A stretch of 18,354 bases of DNA from Felis catus (lineage: Eukaryota): the NCBI RefSeq assembly GCF_018350175.1. It is one part of the record NC_058369.1 of this genome. One strand, written 5' to 3'. Of this stretch, positions 1 to 8,663 are shown piece after piece. The translations under genes were made by a program, and so were the position numbers. How positions within the stretch are numbered: the first letter of the stretch is position 1; every line of letters starts with the position of its first letter. The notes under the pieces were generated by a model. It saw only the letters and a program-made list of their open reading frames with translations. It searched no databases and had not been told where the DNA came from.

Positions 1-547
1 TGGAGACATGCTCTAATAATGTAAGTAACAGAGAAAGGACATATACAAACAAAAGAAGAGAGAACAGAGAGCACAGTGGGGTTTGTGGGCTTCATCCATT
101 CATTCATTAATTCAAACGGTCTGCTGAAATGTTGCCTTCCTGTTGAAAGCCTCCCTCATCACAGTGTTTAAATAATCTATCACTGCCTTTTGCCCACTTT
201 CTCTGTCCGATCATTGTATTTTTTTTATTATGATGTAATCCTATGCCATAAAAATTCACTCTTTTAAGTATACGATTCAGTGGGTTTTAGCATATTTACA
301 AGATGTATGCAACAATCACCACTATATGATTGTAGAAGTTTCATCACCCCAAAAAGAAATGCTATTTATTTCACAGTTATTCCCGATTTCTCCCCTCCCT
401 AGTTCATATCAACCACAAATCTACTTATCTTCTATCTGTATCGTTTGGCCTGTCCTGGACATTTCATATGAGTGAAATCACGTGATATGTGGCCTTTTAT
501 GTCTGGCTTCTGTCACTTAGCATTTCCCTAATGACTAATGGTGCTCA

Positions 548-708
548 NNNNNNNNNNNNNNNNNNNNNNNNNNNNNNNNNNNNNNNNNNNNNNNNNNNNN
601 NNNNNNNNNNNNNNNNNNNNNNNNNNNNNNNNNNNNNNNNNNNNNNNNNNNNNNNNNNNNNNNNNNNNNNNNNNNNNNNNNNNNNNNNNNNNNNNNNNNN
701 NNNNNNNN
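548..708. other. Assembly gap (161 N)
   Basis: Run of N. Confidence 1.
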
Positions 709-885
709 CAAATATTTTCTCCCAGTTATATGAGTTGTCTTTTTGTTTTCTTAACAGTAACCATTGAAGCACAAAAATTTTTTAATTAGGTAACATCTAA
801 TTTCTCTATTTTTTCATTGCTTATGCTTTAAGCGTCATATCTAGGGAGCCAGTGCATAATCCAAGGGCATAAAGATTTACACCTG

Positions 886-1099
886 TTTTTTTTTTAATTT
901 TTTTTTAACGTTTATTCATTTTTGAGAGACAGAGTGCAAGTGGGGAAGGGGCAGAGAGAGGGAGACACAGAATCCAAAGCAGGCTCCAGGCTCTGAGCTC
1001 TCAGCCCAGAGCCCGACATGGGGCTTGAACCCATGAACTATGAGATCATGACCTGAGCCAAAGTTGGATGCTTAACTGACTGAGCCACACAGGCACCCC
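886..1099 (-). mobile_element. CanSINE (SINEC_Fc-like, tRNA-derived)
   Basis: Poly-T, (GA)-rich tract, 'gagatcatgacctgagcca', 5' end 'gagccacacaggcacccc'. Imperfect TSD tacacct(ct)gtttt on both sides. Confidence 0.92.
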
Positions 1100-1247
1100 T
1101 ACACCTCTGTTTTCTTCTAAGAATTTAATAATTTCAGTTCTTACATTTCAGTCTTTGATCCATTTTGAGTTAATTTTTGTATATGGTGTGAGGTAGAAGT
1201 CTAACTTCATTCTTTTGCATGGAGTTAGTCAGTTGTAGGTATTAGTT

Positions 1248-1484
1248 GTTTTTTTGTTTTTTTTTTTTTAATTTTTTTTTTCAACGTTTATTTATTTTTG
1301 GGACAGAGAGAGACAGAGCATGAACGGGGGAGGGGCAGAGAGAGAGGGAGACACAGAATCGGAAACAGGCTCCAGGCTCTGAGCCATCAGCCCAGAGCCT
1401 GACGTGGGGCTCAAACTCCCGGACCGCGAGATCGTGACCTGGCTGAAGTTGGACGCTTAACCGACTGCGCCACCCAGGCGCCCC
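1248..1484 (-). mobile_element. Young felid-type CanSINE (SINEC_Fc-like)
   Basis: CpG-rich body ending 'ccgactgcgccacccaggcgcccc'. Perfect TSD ggtattagtt at 1238-1247 and 1485-1494. Confidence 0.95.
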
Positions 1485-1704
1485 GGTATTAGTTTTTTAA
1501 AAGACTATTCTCCCCCCATTAAATAGTCTTGGCATCTTTGTTGAAAATCAATTCTTTACTTTTTTATGGAAGCTATCATCTAAAATTATATCATCTGTTA
1601 ACTTGTTTATATCTACCCTTCCCAAATTCCCAAACTCTCTCACTCCCCTCCGTCTCCCCCACCCCCCAAACTAAACTGTAAGATGAAGACAGGAAGTTGT
1701 TTGT

Positions 1705-1777
1705 TCCACTCCCTGGAACATAGTAGGCACTTATGTATTAACTCCACTGCCTGGAACATAGTAGGCACTTATGTATT
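1705..1777. repeat. Tandem duplication of 35 bp (period 38) in the L2 3' end
   Basis: tccact(c/g)cctggaacatagtaggcacttatgtatt at 1705-1739 and 1743-1777, one mismatch. Confidence 0.95.
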
Positions 1778-1880
1778 TGTTGACTGAATAAATGAGATTC
1801 CAGTTTCCTTTAGAAACAAAGGTCATTGTGTGTATCTATACCATTTAAGTGCAGGAACTCATTTAATTTAAGGCAAAAAA

Positions 1881-1980
1881 TAAAATAAAATAAAATAAAA
1901 TAAAATAAAATAAAATAAAATAAAATAAAATAAAATAAAATAAAATAAAAAAGTTAAGTTAAATTAAGTTAAGTTAAGTT
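1881..1980. repeat. Compound pentanucleotide microsatellite (TAAAA)14 + (AAGTT)~6
   Basis: Read directly; one AAATT variant in the second array. Confidence 0.97.
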
Positions 1981-2959
1981 AAAAAGTTGTTGAGCCCTGT
2001 GTTGAAGTGAGCTTTCACAAACATTTCCTGGATTGGATAAGAAGAGCCTAATAAGGCAAGTAACTACCCATTAGTAAAGAGAGAGCCTGCAGAGAAGTTA
2101 ACAGAAATCCAAAGGCAAGTTTAAAGGGACCACCAAGACCATTACCTGATACTCCAGTAATGACCTCAACAGGTGAGTGGCCCCAAGCAATTCTCTTGCC
2201 TGCTTAAGGCCTCAGTTCTCATCCCCAACACCAGCTCTCAGGTCACCTGCAGTACTAGTATTCTGATAATCTGGAGTCTTTAGAAACAGGCTCTGTAGTC
2301 AACTCAAGTTAATCTTTTTAAGGGACATAGTTTTTATTTGCAAGTTATCTTTAAAAATAATTATTATTAAAAAAATAAAAAATGAAAATAATTATTAACA
2401 AAAAAGATGCTTTATTAAGAGACAATATGAGTTTCCTCATGAAAGCTGTCTGACCACGACCATATCTCTAACCATGAATATAAAGATTCAGAGCTCTCCC
2501 TAAAAGTGGGTAGGTAAAACTCTTAGCCAAATGCCTAAAAGAGAAAAAGGTTTTCCAGAAGCTCCTGTTGAGAAAGAAAGAGCATGCCCGCCCACTAGTG
2601 GACAAATTAAGTAATTGCCAGATTTTCCAAGAAGGATTCCCAGGCTCCACCTTACCGTGAGTGAACGAACACTGTCAGCTAAGCTCTAAACTATCACATA
2701 ACTGCCCGCACAAAACACTCGTTGAAGAGGTCACTGAAAACTCCAGGGTTATAAAGGTTATATGGGTGAACACGGAAGAGGTAAGAAAAACCAACCAAGT
2801 GCCAGGAGCATAATCAAACTTTATTTTTCTGAACCAGGATTACAACCATACCACATAATGCATACACATGATATTGACAATGGTAACTTAAATTCAAAAT
2901 TGGAAAAAAAAAACATAAAATAGAAATATTTTACTTTTAACATTTTCTTTCACAATTTG

Positions 2960-4570
2960 TTAACTCTTGTTTTGGAACCAGAAACCTGCGACTTTTTCTT
3001 TAGCACATCACTGTTTAAATCTTGTACCAAGTTTCCACGTGAGCACGGAATTCAGCCTTGACTGGTAGCCTTGACTTCAATAATTGAGAAGAACTGTTCA
3101 CAAACGTAGGCATTTTCAAAGAGTTTTAACAATCTTTGCACAACTGTTCAGATATTTGCAGGAGTTTGGGGCTCTGGTGTCACTGTGCTAGATGTCCAGT
3201 CCTGTGTCGCACCGCAGATCACCTTTCACACTGCAAGTATGTATGAAGAGATAAGGGAGCACTGAGCAGGGGAAGGTTACCTTCACAGGGCTGAAGTCAA
3301 CGACAAAGTCAGCTTTCAGCATCACAGAATTTCCATCACAGGGCTCTGACCATCAGCTACAGTTCTAGAGCTAATTCTAGCACAGAAAAGAAGACCCAAT
3401 AACGCTCTGCCAGATCACTGTCTCCATAATGTTTCATAACTCTAATGGATGACTTTGCACGGCGTTCAAAGTGTTTGCCAACCCAAAAGGCCAATTCTGT
3501 GATAACAATCTTTGCTGCTTAGCACAAACAAAGATTTCTTTTCCTCCGTGATGAGGAACGAGTTCATTTCAACAGCTCAACACATCTCCTTAGCTTCAGT
3601 GGTGACTGAGCCTCCCAACCTACGTGCAGTGAGCAGACCTCTGTGTTATGTGTCCAATTCATTCAACGGTGACTGCGATGCTCTGTGGCCCAAACCCCAG
3701 GGGGAGCCCAGCTTACAGGTGGTGAGCTCTGGGTCTGTGATGCATTCCATTTTTAACTTCCAGCAGAAAGCAATTCCTGCTGAGTAATGCAAATGAGTAG
3801 AGGTAAAGCCTGTGTCCTTGCATAATTTGCCACACGGAACTTAAGTGTTACCGCAAGTCCAATATTAGCACCATCCATCCCAGGATCATCATCTATATTA
3901 AATTGTTTAAAGTTTCCTCTTGTTACAGAAATGAATTTCTTAATTACTTCCTAGTGTTGTGCCTGTCATGGGCACACTGTCTAAAATATTTTCAGTCGTA
4001 TAAAAATTCTCAAACCCACGGTGAATAAATAGAGCTAATTATTACATCTAAGTATTACTAAATATGTCCCCTCATCAGCTGCAGAAGCAAATGTCACAAT
4101 GTTTAAAACTTTTTTCACACAATTTTTCTTTTAGTTTCCTAGCCATATTTCTAGTACATTGAGCAACAGTGTTTCTGGTTACACTTCTATTTTCACACGT
4201 CTGTATCTTCTCAGGACATACAATTTCTACCCCATTCAATAGACACTCCTTTACAACTTGCTATCTGTGAAGAATTTGATGGCCCAGGCAGATTTTTCAC
4301 TAAAATATATAACTGCTGATTGTATTAAAAATCAAAACAAACCTTGCTGGCTTTTCAGTTCTCTTTGCAGCTCTTAGGATTTGATCAGACATCTTTTCCA
4401 CATCCTTGGTCTTTTTTCTTACAGTGGTTTGTTTCATCACACCACCTAGGTTGTTGTCTTAAATTACATCCTTTGCCACATAAGCACACAGAAGTAGCCT
4501 TCAGTTTACAAAGTGGAACATAGGACTCTCTACGTCTATGTTCTACTTCCTCCTTTTCACAGAGACGTAA
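2960..4570 (-). mobile_element. Fossil hAT-Charlie transposase (Charlie8/GTF2IRD2/SPIN-like) with many stops and frameshifts
   Basis: Manual minus-strand translation gives colinear blocks: DNNLGGDETNHCKKKDQ (BED-finger region); LQRELKSQQGLF; KECLLNGVEIVCPEKIQTCENRSVTRNTVAQCTRNMARKLKEKLCEK (~4251-4111); ADEGT (~4079-4065); ALFIHRGFENF; ILDSVPMTGTTLG (~3988-3950); PGMDGANIGLAVTLKFRVA; KLKMECITD; GLGHRASQSPLNELDT*HRGLL; EGNLPLLSAPLS; DLRCDT; CAKIV; FENAYVCEQFFSII (3120-3079). These follow, in order, the recalled GTF2IRD2 Charlie8 domain (LAIFIRGVDENF..LLDTVPMTGTKSG..PAMVDANNGLVTKLKSRVA..KLKMDHV..GLNHSEF..FGSTYICEQLFSIMK). Confidence 0.88.
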
Positions 4571-4785
4571 GAAATATTCGCTTTTCTAACACGATATAGA
4601 AGTGACCTTCACAAAGCACAACTCAGTTTTGCAAAATACATAACTCTTCTCTGTAATTCAACCTCTGGATCTGATCTCCTCCACCTGATGGAAGAACATG
4701 TCCTCAGTCTTATCCAGGAAGGCATTCAGTCTCTTCCATAAGGATGCCCACACCATAAACCATGCCAGTAAGTACCCCTTGCCTG

Positions 4786-4974
4786 TAGTGGTTCTCAACC
4801 CTCCCTTGCTCCTACTGGAGCCACAATGGGGAGCTTTGGAAATGCCAATGCTTAGCTTTTCTCCACCATGATTACTCAGAATCTTTGAGGATGGGACATG
4901 GGTATGATGTCTTTTAAAGACCCACAGTGTTAATTCAGGCAATTCTGGCACATAGACAAGGTTGAGAAGGACAG
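4786..4974. mobile_element. MER5A-like hAT-Charlie MITE
   Basis: Terminal inverted repeats 'tagtggttctcaacc' and 'ggttgagaaggacag'; internal 'ggggagcttt' and 'tcagaatct'; ~190 bp. Confidence 0.75.
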
Positions 4975-6476
4975 ATGTGGAGCAAGCAGACCTCACATGT
5001 GCTCCTCACGAGACAGCCGGTACATGATGCCTGACCCCCAGAAGCACAGATGGCCAGATAATGTCAGGGCAGTAGCAGCAAACATAAAGGGATGAATTTA
5101 CCATAGCAGCCAATGAAATACAGCTACCACCCATCCCCTCTCCCACAGCAGCACCCTGGAAGAAGAGGGAGACAGGTGTCCCAGACCCACCTGGTCCCTC
5201 TCCAATCCAAGCAGATGTAGTCTCAGCTCAAATTGTGCTGGGGGTGGGAGGAGGGGAGATGGTAAGGTTTAAACCAAGCATGAAAGTAAACTGGATCGAA
5301 TACTAACAACCAAAAAAGACAAGGAAAGATGAAATCTGCCCAACATGTCACCATGGGATGGGAAAGGGAGAGTCAGAAGCATGGAGTTGGGCACTACGAT
5401 CGAAGGAAAGAATCTTGGTCACGTTTATCCTGCTTAATGACTTGACACTACTTTATCAATGAATCGTACTTCAGTGTTTTCTCAGTCACACAGGTTTAAA
5501 CACTATGATTATAAGATTTTCTCAGGATTTCTTCTTCCTGTCTTCTGGGAAGTGACACCCATGTTCCGTGGGCATCAAACAGACTTGGAGGGAGGTGGGG
5601 AGTGGGGAGCCTCTTCCATGGCCATTCCTTTGTCTTTGCATTGGCTTCATCTGAACCCAAGTTTGCAAAGCCTCCTGGATAAGACCACCGGACCCCTTTG
5701 GAATCCACTAACTCCCGCAGCAAATTTTTAAGCCTTTTGTGTGAACACAAGGTTTAGTGGCTCTCTCAAGTGTGCCTGGGGAGACTCTGGAGCAGTCCTG
5801 CAGCCCCACTTTGCCTTTGCCACCCGCTGCAGCCATGAGACGTGGGCAGGATGCTAGGTCTCTTTCATGGAGATGCTCACCTCCTCTCGACTCTTCCCTG
5901 CACTTCTCATTCCTCCCCAACTGGGAAAGCATCTTCTAGTCTGCATGGTGGTGCTTGAGAGAGAAGTGTTGGAAATGGTTCCCCCAAACACACAGTCTTC
6001 CAAATCTGATTTATCTGACACCTGCACCAAAGCTTTTGATCCCAATAGCCAAGAATATGAAACCTTTGGTCTTTGCTTCCCCCATGGACCTCCTCCATAG
6101 TCTCCTCCAAAGGAGACTCTATTCTAGCTTCCTGAATGAGAAAGGGCCACAGAATAAAAACCGAACTGGCCCCACATCCCTATTGATATGGCACCAGTCA
6201 TATCATCAGCCCCCACTGCTCTTCCTATTAAGATCAGAGAAAAAGGTGAACAAATGCCACCAGAAGATAGTACTAGAACAGTAGAAAACAATTGTGTGCA
6301 AAAAATTTAGGGAGATATTATTTATCACAAACTGATATAAGTTGGAACAAAGTACACAAAAAGATGAGTTTGGTGCATTGGAATTCATGAAAGCTGATGA
6401 TAAATACTACTCTCTATTAGCAGAAGTAACAGAAGTTAATGACTCTCAACAGATATGCAGAACTTGTCAAGGAATC

Positions 6477-6664
6477 TTTTTTTTTTTTTTTTTTAGAGAG
6501 AGCACACAAGCAGGGGGGAGGGGCAGAGGGAGAAAGAGAGAATCTTAAGCAGGCTCCATTCTCAGCCTGGAGCCCAATGAGGGGCTTGATCCCATGACCC
6601 TGGGATCACGACCTGAGCCGAAATCAAGAGTCAGAGACTCAACCAACTGAGCCACCCAGGTGCC
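6477..6664 (-). mobile_element. CanSINE (SINEC_b-like)
   Basis: Poly-T, 'gggatcacgacctgagccgaaatcaagagtcagag', 'gagccacccaggtgcc'. 14-bp TSD tgtcaag(g/a)aatctt at 6465-6478 and 6665-6678. Confidence 0.93.
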
Positions 6665-6678
6665 TGTCAAGAAATCTT

Positions 6679-6770
6679 GTTGTTTCCTGTTTCTGGCTAT
6701 TATGAGTAAAGCTTCTATGAACACTCTTGTCCAAGTCTTTGGGTTGACATGAATTTTAATTTCTCTAAAC
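6679..6770 (-). mobile_element. Old L1M fragment
   Basis: 'gttgtttcctgtttctggctattatgagtaaagcttctatgaacactcttgtccaagtcttt' resembles antisense L1M ORF2 C-terminus. Confidence 0.6.
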
Positions 6771-6989
6771 AATGCTTTCCTAATTTTGCAATATGTTGCT
6801 TTTTCTGGTGCTATGTGTATGCAACCATGATTTAATAATAAGAGGCAATTTTATAATAAAAATAAATCTCTGAGTTTAATTTGAGATAAAATTAATTTGG
6901 AGATGGAGAAATCCATTTTCATCATCTCTCCATTTCTATTAGAAAAATTACAACAGGGCCATCACACTGGCATGAAGCCTCAGAATCAA

Positions 6990-7490
6990 GAAGATGCTAG
7001 GAGTTGGTGAATACTGTGACAAACTGAAAAGTACATACATAACCTTGTTTTAAATGTGCAGCCACATTGAGGAGGGCACTCACTGGGTTGAGCACTGGGT
7101 GTTGTATGTAAGCAATGAACCATGGGAATGTACCCCAAAAACCAAGAGCACACTTTACACACTGTACGTTAGCCAATTTGACAATAAATTATACTAATAA
7201 ATAAATTATAAACATTTTTTAAAAGTTTAAAAAATAAAATAAAAAATAAATGTGCAGCTACTATTCTTCCTCAACCAATTAACCATGTGGCCCCAATGTT
7301 CCCCAATCTCCTAATTTTTCAAGGGCAGACAGACTTTTTGTGCATATATGCAACCTCTTAAATTTGCACGTTGACCAGCAGAAAGTAGCAAGCACTGGCA
7401 GTGGGCCTAATGCCGTCCAGTCTCAGGCTGTGCAGGATAAAACACAATGGCAGGCCAGATTTGGCCCCAAGACTCATTAATCTGTAGCTC
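6990..7490 (+). mobile_element. MER102-like hAT-Charlie terminal region, interrupted by a short L1
   Basis: 'actgtgacaaactgaaaag', 'gcagc(c/t)actatt', 'aatctcctaatttttcaagg' and terminal 'aaacacaatggcaggccagatttggcccc' resemble the recalled MER102 consensus. Confidence 0.6.
7066..7246 (+). mobile_element. Severely 5'-truncated carnivore L1 (3' UTR end plus A-rich tail)
   Basis: 'gagcactgggtgttgtatgtaagcaatgaa...acactgtacgttagccaatttgacaataaa' followed by an A-rich tail. 15-bp TSD taaatgtgcagc(c/t)ac at 7051-7065 and 7247-7261. Confidence 0.92.
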
Positions 7491-7494
7491 AGAT

Positions 7495-7912
7495 TTTGGT
7501 TCTCAGTCTGGCTTTGAGCAATATGAACTTTTAACTTCTTAAAAATACATGTCTATGGGACGCTTGGGTGGCTTAGTCGGTTGAGCATCTGACTTCAGCT
7601 CAGGTCATGATCTCACAGCTCGTGAGTTCAAGCCCTGCATCAGGCTCTGTGCTGACAGCTCAGAGCCTGGAGCCTGCTTCAGATTCTGTGTCTCCCTCTC
7701 TCTCTGCCCCTAACCCACTCGCATTCTGTCTCTGTCTCTCTCAAAAATAAACATTAAAAAAAATTTTTTTTTTAAATACAACATGTCTGGGCCCTAGCTC
7801 AGATTCTGACTTAACTAGATCAGGAATGAGGCACGGGCATCTGCATATGACTTTAAATTTCAAGTTAACAGTGTCTGATCACATTTCTCAACTTCAGCAC
7901 TGTGTTCAGAAC
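7495..7912. mobile_element. MER5-like MITE remnant split by a SINE
   Basis: 'tggttctcagtctggct', 'ttaaaaatacatgtct|gggccc', 'cagattctgacttaact', 'gggcatctgcat' resemble MER5A/B; degraded. Confidence 0.45.
7557..7775 (+). mobile_element. CanSINE (SINEC_Fc-like)
   Basis: 'gggacgcttgggtggcttagtcggttgagcatctgacttcagctcaggtcatgatctc', CT tract, aataaa, A/T tail. Imperfect TSD aaatac(aac)atgtct. Confidence 0.94.
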
Positions 7913-8663
7913 ACCCCACCACTTGCCCAAGCTAATTCTAACCCGATTCTGAGTTGAAGTACTGATGTGCATCGCGGTGTAAATTATAATCAGTGATAAA
8001 CACACAAACAATGAAACTGTCACAAGGCAGTTTTTCTAGTCTCTAATTAACCCAAATGGCATCAAATTTTGGCTCTTCTGTGTCTGAGGACATTATAATA
8101 GCTGACCTTTCTGGAGGAAACTTGGGTCTAAGTAAAAATGTTTGCATACAAACTGATGGGAACTTCTTATTCATGAACATGCTAACCACAGGATAAAAAC
8201 GTCTCTGCAAATAAGGGAGACGAAAAGAAGCAGGAGAAGGCAGATCAAAGGAGCTGTTGTGTTTTTACAATTTGGCAGGTAACAGGTCTTATGAAATGAG
8301 CACAAATGCGTGAGCACAAAGACTCCTAACGTGGGACTCTTGCCTGTCAGGTGTATATGGGCTTAAAGTAAGTAAGGGAGAAAGATGCCATGATAGGAAC
8401 CTATCTCAAATTTTTTCCAGTGAGCTCCTGCAAGCCCGGGGCAAATGGGTCTTTATGAAAAACAGAGACATCCAGTAACAAGATCCTCCCATCATTTGCC
8501 TTTCAAGCCTCCGACCTGTAGTCATGGGGCAAACAAATGAAGAAAAATTGGAAATAACCATTAACTGGGGAAAAAAATTATAATAACACTGAGCAAGGAT
8601 CAGAAGACTGCATAGCAGGTACCAGGCCTTGGCATGGAAACCTGGAGGTCAGGGCCAAAGAGA

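Larger units (their letters stand above)
226..1552 (-). mobile_element. Old LINE-1 (L1MB-like) 3' UTR plus ORF2 C-terminal fragment, interrupted by an N gap and two SINEs
   Basis: Antisense L1M 3' UTR motifs ('caacaatcaccact', 'tttcatcaccccaaaaagaaa', 'ctggacatttcatat', 'gtctggcttctgtcacttagcat'). Antisense ORF2 motifs: 'caaatattttctccca' (WEKIF) and 'gatccattttgagttaatttttgtatatggtgtgagg' ([12 protein letters not shown]). Confidence 0.85.
140..1797 (+). mobile_element. L2 (L2a-like) 3' region, split by the L1 insertion (pieces ~140-225 and ~1553-1797)
   Basis: Ends in a typical L2 3' terminus: 'cctggaacatagtaggcacttatgtatttgttgactgaataaatga' (1750-1795). The upstream part ('ctaaactgtaagatgaagacagg') is also L2-like. 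Assignment of the 140-225 piece is weaker. Confidence 0.6.

Noticed and set aside
1705-1777. CRISPR-like repeat
   Set aside because: Mammalian DNA, only two copies with a 3-nt spacer, and L2-derived.
3787-3794. Perfect octamer ATGCAAAT inside the Charlie fossil as an exapted POU2F3 site
   Set aside because: One AT-rich 8-mer in 18 kb is expected by chance; no supporting context.
5867-6340. Possible degraded coding frame continuing past the 77-aa ORF
   Set aside because: About six stops in the next ~80 codons, i.e. random density, and no recognised homology.
7557-7640. tRNA gene
   Set aside because: The A/B-box-like sequence belongs to the tRNA-derived head of a CanSINE; the same applies to the other SINEs.
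8297-8320. 10-bp direct repeat tgagcacaaa x2
   Set aside because: Too short to interpret; likely local slippage.
8579-8587. TATA box (tataata) upstream of TAS2R40
   Set aside because: Non-consensus, in AT-rich context, and the transcription start is unknown.
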